Source: Candidatus Curtissbacteria bacterium
Lineage (GTDB): Bacteria; Patescibacteriota; Microgenomatia; Curtissbacterales; GWA2-41-24
Reading direction: 5' to 3'
DNA: 64,000 bases
NCBI GenBank assembly: GCA_024654445.1
Contig: JANLHP010000026.1
Coordinates: forward strand, 16,733 to 80,732
In this document: positions 37,837 through 47,210 of the stretch, piece after piece
How the letters are laid out: each line of letters starts with the position of its first letter
How positions within the stretch are numbered: position 1 is the first letter of the stretch
Made by a program: the position numbers and the translations under genes
Notes under the pieces: model-generated
The model's input: only the letters and a program-made list of their open reading frames with translations
Told to the model about the DNA's origin: nothing
The model's database searches: none

Positions 37837-39611
37837 AAAAATACTTAGGCCCGCAATTTATAACGGATTGGCAGAAAACTGCGATTTCAAATCGCAGTTT
37901 TGATGCCAAACGGCTACATACTTCTCCAGCATTGGAGAAAGACACAGGTTTTCTGCCACCCGATGTAAACTTAAAGAGTAAAACTCCAGCACTTATGCTG
38001 GAGAAGTTTATGAGGACCGCAAGCTCTGCTTACCTGCTAGTTTTTTTAGTCACATTAATTGCTTTATGGCCATTTTTTAGAAAGGGGTTTTATCAAAGTC
38101 ATGACGGCGAGTGGATGGTCATTCGCTTTTCTGCTTTTCATCAAACATTAGCGGCAGGACAATTTCCAGTAAGGTTTGTTGACAGACTAAATAATAATTA
38201 CGGATACCCCGTTCTTAATTTTCTTTACCCTCTTCCATTTTATCTCGCAGAATTTCCAAAAGCGGCTGGACTTGGATTTGTTGAAAGCGTCAAAGTAATT
38301 TTTGTCACTTCAACAATTTTTTCTTCTCTTGCTATGTTTTGGGCGCTTTCGCAAAAGTTTTCAAAAGCTGCAAGCACAACAGGAGCCATTGTTTATACTT
38401 TTGCTCCTTATAGATTTGTAGATCTTTACGTCAGAGGCTCTATTGGTGAAAGCATGGCCTTTGCTTTTGTACCACTTATCCTAGGAAGTATTTTCAAAAT
38501 AGAAAAAGGTGATAAGAAGTTTTTCCCGATTCTTTCGATTTCAACGTTCTTTCTTATTCTCTCCCACAACGTAATAGCTCTCCTATTCATCCCACTACTG
38601 TTCATTTCGGCGCTCTTGATTCAAAAAAAATCGAGATTAAGACTCGTTGTGAGCCTTCTATTAGGTATAGCTGCATCAAGCCTCTTTTGGATACCAGCTC
38701 TTTACGATCTTAAATTCGTCCGACTATCACAAATAAAAGTATCAGAAATAGAAAACCATCTTGTGAGTCTTGAAAAACTTTTACTGCCATCATGGGGATA
38801 TAATCCAAACCCAAATGATCCTCACGGCATGTCTGTGCAAATTGGATTAATTGCAGTACTAATGTTTATCGCGACTTTAATTCTGATACTAAAAACTAAG
38901 GGTAAAAATTTCCTCTTACTCTTTTACCTGAGTGTATTTGCGATGATCTTGTTTCTGCTGACGAAACAATCCCAGTTTTTTTGGCAAACTGTATCTTTTG
39001 TAGATATCATTCAGTTCCCCTGGAGGATGCTCTCCATTATTGTTTTTGTATCGGCCATAATGACAGCTTACGTTGTAGACTCCATACCAAAAAAACAAAA
39101 CATAGTCGCGCTTATAATCTTAATTTCAGCGATATTAGCAGCCCTCCCTTACACTAGACCAAGCGCTTTTGTAGATAGAGCAGAAGGTTACTATGCAACC
39201 AACGAAGACACAACCACAGTTCGGGATGAATATATGCCCCTCTGGGTCAAAGAAAAAAGTGTATCAAGAGCGAACGAAAAAGTGCAAGTAGAAGGAAAAG
39301 GCGAAGTTACGAATCTTAATATCAGACCCGCAAACTACCAGCTAGATATAAAAGCTTTAGACAAACTCAAAGTGCAAGTGAACACTATATATTTCCCGGG
39401 GTGGCAGGTAAGATCAAATGGCCAAACCATCCCTATTGATTATCAAAACAACTTAGGCTTAATACGCTTTTATTTGCCAGAAGGCACACACAAAGTTATA
39501 ATCAAATACACAAGATCGTCTGTCCATCTTGCTGCAGAAGTTATATCTCTTGCAGCACTTTTTGTAATCGGAGCATACTTCATTTATATATGGCGAAAAC
39601 AAGATTCTTAG
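37833..39611 (+). CDS. GT-C-like membrane protein (6-pyruvoyl-tetrahydropterin-synthase-related/YfhO-like family) with N-terminal in-frame repeat insertion
   Basis: SHDG..., GQFPVRF, GYP..NFLYPLP, YVRG..GE, QFPWR, YFPGW; paralog of 44051 and 63375. An alternative ATG at 38010 lies at the end of the insert. Confidence 0.78.
   Translation: MKKYLGPQFITDWQKTAISNRSFDAKRLHTSPALEKDTGFLPPDVNLKSKTPALMLEKFMRTASSAYLLVFLVTLIALWPFFRKGFYQSHDGEWMVIRFSAFHQTLAAGQFPVRFVDRLNNNYGYPVLNFLYPLPFYLAEFPKAAGLGFVESVKVIFVTSTIFSSLAMFWALSQKFSKAASTTGAIVYTFAPYRFVDLYVRGSIGESMAFAFVPLILGSIFKIEKGDKKFFPILSISTFFLILSHNVIALLFIPLLFISALLIQKKSRLRLVVSLLLGIAASSLFWIPALYDLKFVRLSQIKVSEIENHLVSLEKLLLPSWGYNPNPNDPHGMSVQIGLIAVLMFIATLILILKTKGKNFLLLFYLSVFAMILFLLTKQSQFFWQTVSFVDIIQFPWRMLSIIVFVSAIMTAYVVDSIPKKQNIVALIILISAILAALPYTRPSAFVDRAEGYYATNEDTTTVRDEYMPLWVKEKSVSRANEKVQVEGKGEVTNLNIRPANYQLDIKALDKLKVQVNTIYFPGWQVRSNGQTIPIDYQNNLGLIRFYLPEGTHKVIIKYTRSSVHLAAEVISLAALFVIGAYFIYIWRKQDS
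37862..38011 (+). mobile_element. 150-bp miniature IS200/IS605-like element nested in a family-B repeat
   Basis: TTTAT at both junctions (37857-61, 38007-11); left hairpin TTGGCA-G-AAAACTGCGATTT-C-AAATCGCAGTTTT-GA-TGCCAA; right hairpin CTCCAGCA-CTTA-TGCTGGAG-AAGTTTAT. Removing it leaves TTAGGCCCGCAATTTATGAGGACCGCA. Confidence 0.68.
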
Positions 39612-40567
39612 TTACGGGCGGAGCCGGATTCATCGGCTCCGAAATCGTCAGACAGCTGCTGGAACGTGGTTTTGAAGTCAAGGTTGCCGATGACCTGTCC
39701 AAGAAAGACGCTTCTGTCGACAGTCGAGTGGAGTTCGTGAAAGTTGATCTTACAGACGCTGAAGCGACAAAAAAAGTTTTTAACGGAATCGATATCTGCA
39801 TAAACGCCGCTGCCAAAATCGGTGGCATCGGATACTTCCACAAGTACCCAGCAACAATTCTTTCCGAAAATAACAAAATCTACAGCAGTACTTTTGAGGC
39901 AGCAACAAAAGCAAAAATTAAACGCTTAGTTTATATCTCCTCTTCTATGGTCTTTGAGTCGGCAACACATTTTCCAAGTAAAGAGGAAGACGTGATTAAA
40001 ATTCCACCACCAGTTTCCTCCTACGGATTCTCCAAGCTTTCCGGTGAATGGTATTGCCAATCTTTCTGGGACCAGTATAAACTGCCCTATTCTATCTGTC
40101 GGCCTTTCAACGCATACGGCATTAACGAATTTCCTGAAAGAGAAATCGGCTATGCCCACGTAATCCCGGATTTGGTGAGAAAAATAATAGAAGGACAATA
40201 TCCACTCGAGCTCTTAGGAGATGGAACACAAACAAGGTGTTTTACGCATGTTCGCGATATAGCAGACGGTATTATTACCGTTGCTCTTCACCCAAAAGGT
40301 GAAAATGAAGATTTCAACATCGGCACGGAAAAAGAAATAAAAATGATAGATCTTGCCAAAAAAATATGGGAAGTTATGGGCGAAGAAAAACCGTTCAAGG
40401 TAAAGTTTGTAAAAGGCTTCAAATTTGATATAAAGAGAAGAGTTCCCGATACCACGAAAACCAAAAAAGTTGTCGATTGGGAACCGAAAGTAAAGTTTGA
40501 AGACGGCTTAAAGGAGGTAATAGCTTGGCTACAAGAGCAAAGAGCTCAGGGAAAACTGCAAAGGTAG
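39590..40567 (+). CDS. NAD-dependent nucleotide-sugar epimerase/dehydratase (extended SDR)
   Basis: TGGAGFIG, SSSMVF, YGFSK, RPFNAYG, GDGTQTRCFT. Confidence 0.88.
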   Translation: MAKTRFLVTGGAGFIGSEIVRQLLERGFEVKVADDLSKKDASVDSRVEFVKVDLTDAEATKKVFNGIDICINAAAKIGGIGYFHKYPATILSENNKIYSSTFEAATKAKIKRLVYISSSMVFESATHFPSKEEDVIKIPPPVSSYGFSKLSGEWYCQSFWDQYKLPYSICRPFNAYGINEFPEREIGYAHVIPDLVRKIIEGQYPLELLGDGTQTRCFTHVRDIADGIITVALHPKGENEDFNIGTEKEIKMIDLAKKIWEVMGEEKPFKVKFVKGFKFDIKRRVPDTTKTKKVVDWEPKVKFEDGLKEVIAWLQEQRAQGKLQR

Positions 40568-41862
40568 CGGTCGCAGTAGTCGGCATCGGAAGAGTTGGTG
40601 CTCCACTGGCACTGTTCCTTGCCGAGGGCGGCCATCTTGTCTACGGCCTTGATGTAGACCAAGAGAAAATCAATGTGCTTTCTAAAAAGCAAATGCCCTT
40701 CATGGAAGAAGGCGCGCCGGAACTCCTAAAAAAGCATATAGGTAAAAACTTTCGTGTCTCCACAGATTTCTCAAACATCGCCAAAGCAAAAATAATTATC
40801 CTAACGCTTGGAACTCCAGTCGACGAGAATATGAACCCTAGCCTTGTTCAAATAGACAAAGCGCTAGCTGTAGCCCGTCCTCACCTAAGACGCGGGCAGC
40901 TTTTAATCTTAAGATCAACGGTTTCGCCTGGAACGACCAACTACGTAAAAGCATATCTCGAAGACGAAGGATTCAAAGTAGGCATTGACTTCTATCTGGC
41001 ATTTTGTCCGGAAAGAATCGCGGAAGGGAAATCGCTAATAGAACTAGCTCAAATTCCTCAGATAATTGGTGGAGTAGACAAAGCAAGCTCTCAAAAGGCC
41101 GCCGCCTTTTTCAAAGGTTTGGGAATCGAAGTTAATTTGGCAGATTCTGTCTCAGCAGAACTCGCCAAGCTCTTCACAAATATGTACAGATACATCAATT
41201 TCGCGATCGCAAACGAATTCATGATTCTCGCCGGCAATTATCACAGAGACGTTTATCAAGTCGTAGATTTAGTCAATAAAAATTACAAAAGAGGCGGGCT
41301 TTCGCTGCCAGGGCTTACAGGTGGTCCTTGTCTCTTTAAGGATGGATTTTTCTTAATAAGCGATATTCCTTTTGCCGATTTAATTTCGACGAGCTGGAAG
41401 ATTAACGAATCAATTCCTTTATTCTTAATTAATAAAGTAAGAGAGCGGACCCGAATGAAAGGTAAAAAAGCCGTAATCCTTGGCCTCGCCTTTAAGGCGG
41501 AAATTGACGATATTAGAGAATCACTCGCATTCAAAGTCAAAAAGGCGCTCGAACGGGAAAGGGCAAACGTTTTTCTTCACGACCCCTACGTTCCCGGCTA
41601 TCAGAACGATCTTGACGAAACCCTAAAAGACGCAGATCTTATTTTCCTAGCAACAAACCACAACTATTATAAGCAGCTAGATATAGCCAAAGTTAAAAAG
41701 CTAGTCTCGAAATCATGTGTTATCTGCGACGTATGGAATGTTTTCAAAACCAACAAAATTATTTTTACAATCAAATCCCTAGAAACTCACATGGCAAGGA
41801 CCAACGGAAAGACTAAAGAAAGCCTCGATGAAATCTTCGAAGGAAAGTGGCAAGAATTGTAG
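40525..41862 (+). CDS. Nucleotide-sugar dehydrogenase (UDP-HexNAc/WecC-like)
   Basis: GIGRVG, LRSTVSPGTT, FCPERIAEG, AELAKL, GGPCLFKD, LAFKAEIDDIRES; TTG start with AAGGAGGT SD. Confidence 0.87.
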   Translation: MATRAKSSGKTAKVAVAVVGIGRVGAPLALFLAEGGHLVYGLDVDQEKINVLSKKQMPFMEEGAPELLKKHIGKNFRVSTDFSNIAKAKIIILTLGTPVDENMNPSLVQIDKALAVARPHLRRGQLLILRSTVSPGTTNYVKAYLEDEGFKVGIDFYLAFCPERIAEGKSLIELAQIPQIIGGVDKASSQKAAAFFKGLGIEVNLADSVSAELAKLFTNMYRYINFAIANEFMILAGNYHRDVYQVVDLVNKNYKRGGLSLPGLTGGPCLFKDGFFLISDIPFADLISTSWKINESIPLFLINKVRERTRMKGKKAVILGLAFKAEIDDIRESLAFKVKKALERERANVFLHDPYVPGYQNDLDETLKDADLIFLATNHNYYKQLDIAKVKKLVSKSCVICDVWNVFKTNKIIFTIKSLETHMARTNGKTKESLDEIFEGKWQEL

Positions 41863-41881
41863 TCCTAACCCCTAACTTAGC

Positions 41882-41910
41882 TTTACACTGATCCTATTCT
41901 CATTTACAAT
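41882..41910 (+). promoter_or_regulatory. Putative leaderless sigma70 promoter
   Basis: TTTACA-17 nt-TACAAT, 6 nt before ATG 41917. Confidence 0.6.
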
Positions 41911-41916
41911 TTACTC

Positions 41917-42633
41917 ATGAAACTTTCAGTCGTCATGCCCGTTTACAACGAGGGTGATGTAATCGGCGAGACAGTAAATCGGGTTGAAACAATAGTAAAA
42001 ACTCCTCACGAGCTTCTTATTATTTACGATATGGACAACGATACATCAATTCCTCCCGTAAAAAAACTACAAAAAAAGTATCCAAATGTAAAACTTGTGA
42101 AAAATATGTACGGTGGGGGAGCGTTAAACGCTCTCAAAACAGGGCTTAAAACAGCAAAAGGGGATGCAGTTTGCATTATGATGTCCGATTTAACTGACGA
42201 TCCTAAGGTTCTTAACACAATGGTGGACAAATTCAACCAGGGATATGACGTTATCGCTGCGTCAAGATACATGAAGGGCGGCCGACAAATAGGGGGGCCT
42301 AAATTTAAAAGGTTCTTAACAACTACCGCAGGTCTAAGCCTCCATTACTTCTTTGGCCTTCCCGTTCACGATGCGACTAATTCCTTTCGGCTCTACTCGA
42401 GAAGATTCCTCGACAAAGTAAAAATAGAGTCGGATGGAGGATTCGAACTGGCGATTGAATTTACAGTGAAAGCACATTACGGAGGATACAAGGTTACGGA
42501 AGTCCCCACCACCTGGACTTATCTCGACAAGGAATCAAGGTTTAACATGAAAAAGTGGATTCCAAAATATTTTAAATGGTATTTATGGGCCGTTAATAAA
42601 AGAATCTCGGGTTGTCCAAAATCCACTAAATGA
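41917..42633 (+). CDS. Polyprenol-phosphate glycosyltransferase (DPM1-like GT2)
   Basis: VMPVYNEG, MSDLTDDP, ASRYMKGG, HDATNSFRLY. Confidence 0.82.
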   Translation: MKLSVVMPVYNEGDVIGETVNRVETIVKTPHELLIIYDMDNDTSIPPVKKLQKKYPNVKLVKNMYGGGALNALKTGLKTAKGDAVCIMMSDLTDDPKVLNTMVDKFNQGYDVIAASRYMKGGRQIGGPKFKRFLTTTAGLSLHYFFGLPVHDATNSFRLYSRRFLDKVKIESDGGFELAIEFTVKAHYGGYKVTEVPTTWTYLDKESRFNMKKWIPKYFKWYLWAVNKRISGCPKSTK

Positions 42634-44054
42634 ATTTTCGAAAAAGTCTGTTGGGAATTTTTTTAATTCTTTTGTTCCCCTCTCTCGTATTTTTTTCTCT
42701 ACTACCGCATTATTTTTTTCAAGACGACTGGTTCGTTTTAAATGTCACAGATATTTCCTCCCTACGAGAATTCGTATCGCTATTTTCTTTCAGAACTGAC
42801 GTTGTTTATTGGAGACCACTCGGGATGTTTTTATACTTTCTAATTGCAAAAACAATGTTTGGTTTAAATGCACTAAATTTTTCTCTCCTTATTTTCGCCT
42901 TTCACATTGCAAATAGTTATCTGGTTGGCTATTTGTCCCTGCAGCTGTTTAAAAACCGGCTTGCGGCTTTCTTGTCATCACTGCTTTATGCAACTGCCGC
43001 TTTCCACTTTCTAACTCTTTCTTGGTTTTCGCTAGCATGGGTCGCAATTGGCACAACACCCTTTTTGCTCTCTTTGATTTTCTATATAAAATACAGAAGT
43101 AAAAGAAACAACAAATACCTGGTCTTTTCTTTAGTCTCTTTCATCATGTCTCTTACAGCAACAGAGTTTGCTATAACCTTACCCGCGTTTATCGTTATCT
43201 TGGAGTTTTTTGCAGGATTAAGTAGACGAGACATAATTAAAAAAATTAGCCCAATCCTAATTTTTACAACGCCGGTAATTATTCTTTACCTTCTGGCTAG
43301 ATTCGTTTTTTTCCCAATTCCAGCAGAAGGCGATTATCAAATAACGATAGATCGTCAAGTGACCAAAACTCTAGCCTGGTACTTTTTGTGGCTCCTAAAT
43401 ATTCCAGAGGAATTAAAATATCAAATAATCGTCTCGAAATTACAACTAACACACACTTTTCTAAGAGACTCCGGAAAACTTTTTCTGCCCACGCTTCTAT
43501 TAATATCAACAACGCTGTCGACTTTTAGCTTGCTCTTGTTGGCGTCGCTTAAATTCAAGATGGCAAAACTTCTAGGATTTTCACTAATCGCTTTTGTAGT
43601 CGGCATAATGCCAGTTTTATTTTTACCCTCCCATTCATACCCTTACTACCTAAGCATCGCCTCAATATTCCCCTTCATCTCAATAGGCTACCTTTTATCT
43701 GCAATTTATAATATGGATAATAAAATACTTACTATGCTCGCCGCGTCATTCACTCTAAGTCTCATCGCACTCTCTTTTCTTACAGTATTTCTAACAACAA
43801 GACTCCACTGGGCGGCAGGAGAACAACGTATTTCAAAAGAGATAGTTGAAAAGACAACAGATATGTACAAGCATATGCCAAACGGCTCAGAAATAGTTCT
43901 ATATACAGCAGGCCCCCAAACGAAACAGTCATTAATGGACCAATATGCCTTCAAAGTTATTTATAATAATAAAAGCGTAAAAACTACTTATTTAGAAGAT
44001 AGGAAATTTCCGGAAGCTGACAAAAACCGATACTACGTAAATATAAAAGAATGA
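42630..44054 (+). CDS. GT-C-type membrane glycosyltransferase
   Basis: YFFQDDW, YWRPL, multi-TM. Confidence 0.7.
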   Translation: MNFRKSLLGIFLILLFPSLVFFSLLPHYFFQDDWFVLNVTDISSLREFVSLFSFRTDVVYWRPLGMFLYFLIAKTMFGLNALNFSLLIFAFHIANSYLVGYLSLQLFKNRLAAFLSSLLYATAAFHFLTLSWFSLAWVAIGTTPFLLSLIFYIKYRSKRNNKYLVFSLVSFIMSLTATEFAITLPAFIVILEFFAGLSRRDIIKKISPILIFTTPVIILYLLARFVFFPIPAEGDYQITIDRQVTKTLAWYFLWLLNIPEELKYQIIVSKLQLTHTFLRDSGKLFLPTLLLISTTLSTFSLLLLASLKFKMAKLLGFSLIAFVVGIMPVLFLPSHSYPYYLSIASIFPFISIGYLLSAIYNMDNKILTMLAASFTLSLIALSFLTVFLTTRLHWAAGEQRISKEIVEKTTDMYKHMPNGSEIVLYTAGPQTKQSLMDQYAFKVIYNNKSVKTTYLEDRKFPEADKNRYYVNIKE

Positions 44055-45751
44055 GAAAAAATATCCTGCCGCTAATTTTTATTCTTGCGATAACAATAGT
44101 CTTATCACTGCCGCTCCTTAAGCCCGGTCTACACACTATTCACGACGATCAGCAAATAGCAAGACTTTACCTTTTCGATGAAGCTATAAAAAGCGGCCAA
44201 TTTCCCGTCCGCTGGGTAGACGATCTTGGGTTTGGATTTGGTTACCCACTGTTCAATTTCTACCCGCCATTCGTGTACATGCTAGGAGAAATATTCCATA
44301 TAGTCGGATTTACCTTTATTGATAGTATCAAGTTAGTTTTTTTCTCAAGCATTATCGCGTCCGGATTATTTATGTACCTTTTGGCAAAAGAATTATGGGG
44401 CAGATGGCCAGCCACAATCAGCGCAACTTTTTACATGCTTGTTCCTTATCGTGCTCTCGACATTTACGTAAGAGGAGCCCTTGCCGAGTCTTTTGCGTTC
44501 GTCTGGCTGCCCGCAATTTTATGGAGTTTTTACAAGCTTGAAACAACCAAAAAAAGAGTTTATATAGTCACATCCGCCATGTTTCTCGCGCTTCTGATGA
44601 TCACTCACAACCTTATTTTTCTGCCTTTTATGCTACTTTTCCCTTTTTACTTATTATTCCTTTTTCTTAAATCTAAAGATAAAAAGAGATCATTTATTCT
44701 CTATACAAGTTCAGCTATCCTCGCCTTAGGCACCTCGGCGTTCTTTTGGCTACCAGCCATCTTTGAAAAGAGATACACCATTGTCGATCAATTGCTCCTT
44801 GTAAACCTTGCAAGCTACCAGATTCACTTTGTTTATTTACAGCAATTGTGGAATTGGACGTGGGGATTCGGAGGGTCTTCAGTTGGGCTTACAGATGGAA
44901 TTTCGTTTAAAATTGGAAAACTCCATTTACTCGCATCTTTTGCAGCCTTAATACTTTCAACGTTTTATATTATAAAAAACAAAAAAATTTCCCTATGGCC
45001 AATACTATTTTTTATTCTCATGATTATCGCCGCTTTCATGACTACCCAGTACTCTAAAATAGCGTGGGATAACATTACCCCTCTGGGATACCTTCAGTTT
45101 CCATGGCGTTTCTTAATATTCACGGCGCTCTTTAGCTCTCTACTTGCCGGCGCCCTTGTGTACCTTTTAAGAATTTCGATTTTAAAAATAAGTATTGGTG
45201 TTATCCTAATTCTTTTACTAGTCCCTAACCTGAAGCTCTACAGACCACAATCATACAGAAATGGTTTGACGGATCAAGTAGCAACTTCCAGAGAAGAAAT
45301 TAGGTGGAATGTGTCAAAGACGTCATACGAGTACCTACCAAAAGGTATAGATCTTGTAAAAGACGAAAAAGGAATTAATATACCTCAAGTTGACAGAAAT
45401 AACATCCCAAAGCAAAAGGTTGAGGTCATCGAAGGCAATGCAAAGTTTGAAGACATAAAGGGCTCCCCTACCGAAGTAACTTTTACGTCAAGATCAAATG
45501 AAGGGGCACAAATAAAGGCGAACATTTTTAACTTTCCCGGGTGGGAAGTTAAACTCAATGGTCAGAAAATTTCAATTGACGACAATAATGCTCTGAAATT
45601 GATAACATTTGAAGTACCAGCGGGGGAGAGTAAAGTAGATATTGAGTTCAAGCAAACAGGCTTGAGGCTTGCAGCTAACCTGATAAGCCTTTTTGCAATT
45701 TTTTCTTTAATTACTCTTACAGTAACTAAATGGCAACCGAAGAAATTTTAG
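44051..45751 (+). CDS. GT-C-like membrane protein (PTPS-related/YfhO-like family)
   Basis: IHDD, GQFPVRW..DLGFGFGYPLFNFYPP, YVRGALAE, QFPWRF, NFPGW. Confidence 0.8.
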   Translation: MRKNILPLIFILAITIVLSLPLLKPGLHTIHDDQQIARLYLFDEAIKSGQFPVRWVDDLGFGFGYPLFNFYPPFVYMLGEIFHIVGFTFIDSIKLVFFSSIIASGLFMYLLAKELWGRWPATISATFYMLVPYRALDIYVRGALAESFAFVWLPAILWSFYKLETTKKRVYIVTSAMFLALLMITHNLIFLPFMLLFPFYLLFLFLKSKDKKRSFILYTSSAILALGTSAFFWLPAIFEKRYTIVDQLLLVNLASYQIHFVYLQQLWNWTWGFGGSSVGLTDGISFKIGKLHLLASFAALILSTFYIIKNKKISLWPILFFILMIIAAFMTTQYSKIAWDNITPLGYLQFPWRFLIFTALFSSLLAGALVYLLRISILKISIGVILILLLVPNLKLYRPQSYRNGLTDQVATSREEIRWNVSKTSYEYLPKGIDLVKDEKGINIPQVDRNNIPKQKVEVIEGNAKFEDIKGSPTEVTFTSRSNEGAQIKANIFNFPGWEVKLNGQKISIDDNNALKLITFEVPAGESKVDIEFKQTGLRLAANLISLFAIFSLITLTVTKWQPKKF

Positions 45752-47196
45752 ATTTACAATTAATTAAAAAAAGATCCGTTCATGGTATAGCGACCCTTAC
45801 CCTAAGAACTTTCTTTATCCAAATATTCACTTTTTTTGCAACCTTTATTCTAACGGTACTCTTAGACCCAGCAACCTTTGGCGTCTACATTATTGTTTCA
45901 GCACTCATTAGCGTTTTTATTTACTTTTCAGACGTTGGCCTAGCAGCAGCACTCGTCCAGAAAAAAGAAGACGTAACAGAAAAAGATCTCTCTTCGACCT
46001 TCACTATCCAGCAGACGATAGTAATAGCACTGGTTATTATCGGATTTTTATTTTCAAGCCCCATCGCCAATTTTTACAATTTAAGCAGTGACAGCCTATT
46101 ACTCTTACGCGTTCTGATATTCTCCTTACTGCTGTCCTCACTTAAAACCATACCGTCAATATTGCTCGAAAGAAAACTGCTTTTTACAAGACTCGTAATC
46201 CCTCAAGTTTTAGAAAATATAATCTTTTATACGATCGCGGTCGTTCTGGCTTTTTACAACTTTGGTATCGCAAGCTTTACATATGCGGTTCTCGCAAGAG
46301 GTGTGGTTGGCCTAGTTCTTATTTATATCCTTTCACCATGGAAGCCCTCAATTAGCCTTGAAAAGGAAACCCTCAAGAAACTTATCTACTTTGGTGTTCC
46401 ATTTCAGCTGAATAGCATCCTGGCTTTAATTAAAGATGACTTGTTAATAGTAGTACTTGGAAAAATCTTACCATTCTCGCAAATAGGTCTTCTTGGGTGG
46501 GCCCAAAAATGGTCACTTATCCCACTACGATTTTTTATGGACAGCACTATCAAAGTTACGTTTCCTGTCTACTCAAGACTTCAAGAAGACAAGGATCACC
46601 TAAGAAAGGCAATCGAAAAATCACTGCAGTTTGTGACATTCTCGACCTTCCCGGCTGTTACGGGTATTGTTATCATTGCGCCTCTTGTCGTCGACTTAAT
46701 CCCGAGGTATGAAAAGTGGGAACCTGCCTTGCCATTGCTTTATATTTACAGCATAAACGCTGCTTTTGCCGCAGTGAACACAACCTTAACCAATATTTTA
46801 TTTGCGTTAGGAAAGCCCAAAATAGTCCTGAACATGATGTTGTTTTGGACATTTTTTTTGTGGGTCCTAACCTTTATTTTTGTTAAAAATTACGGCTACA
46901 TTGGTGTTGCAATAGCGTCGGCAATAGTGGCTGCGTCAACAAGTATAGTGATCTTTTTTGTTAAAAGAGAAGTTGACGTGTCCATTCTCAAAAACGTTAG
47001 AGTTCCAATCGCATCAACAGCCGCTATGCTCATCGTTTCCAAGGTCGCGTATTTAATAATCCCGCAAAATGCACTCGGATTAATATTATTAGTAATTGTT
47101 GGAGCAATAACGTATCTTGCCACTGCTTACCTTTTTTCCGGTAAGGAAATTAAAAATAACTTAGCTCTTGTTTTGAATTCAATCAGAAGCAGATAG
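45730..47196 (+). CDS. wzx: Oligosaccharide flippase (Wzx/WzxC family)
   Basis: LLDPATFG, FSDVGLAAALVQKK, FPVYSRLQ; about 12-14 TMs. Confidence 0.85.
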   Translation: MATEEILDLQLIKKRSVHGIATLTLRTFFIQIFTFFATFILTVLLDPATFGVYIIVSALISVFIYFSDVGLAAALVQKKEDVTEKDLSSTFTIQQTIVIALVIIGFLFSSPIANFYNLSSDSLLLLRVLIFSLLLSSLKTIPSILLERKLLFTRLVIPQVLENIIFYTIAVVLAFYNFGIASFTYAVLARGVVGLVLIYILSPWKPSISLEKETLKKLIYFGVPFQLNSILALIKDDLLIVVLGKILPFSQIGLLGWAQKWSLIPLRFFMDSTIKVTFPVYSRLQEDKDHLRKAIEKSLQFVTFSTFPAVTGIVIIAPLVVDLIPRYEKWEPALPLLYIYSINAAFAAVNTTLTNILFALGKPKIVLNMMLFWTFFLWVLTFIFVKNYGYIGVAIASAIVAASTSIVIFFVKREVDVSILKNVRVPIASTAAMLIVSKVAYLIIPQNALGLILLVIVGAITYLATAYLFSGKEIKNNLALVLNSIRSR

Positions 47197-47210
47197 AAGT
47201 GTAGGGTAGG

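Noticed and set aside
37862-38011. Self-splicing intron or intein explanation for the in-frame insert
   Set aside because: Too short for a group I/II core, and the peptide lacks intein Cys/Ser...His-Asn termini; hairpin ends and TTTAT junctions fit a DNA element better.
41863-41880. Short CCTAACC-CCTAACT heptamer pair
   Set aside because: Only two units and no clear opposite arm; could be chance.
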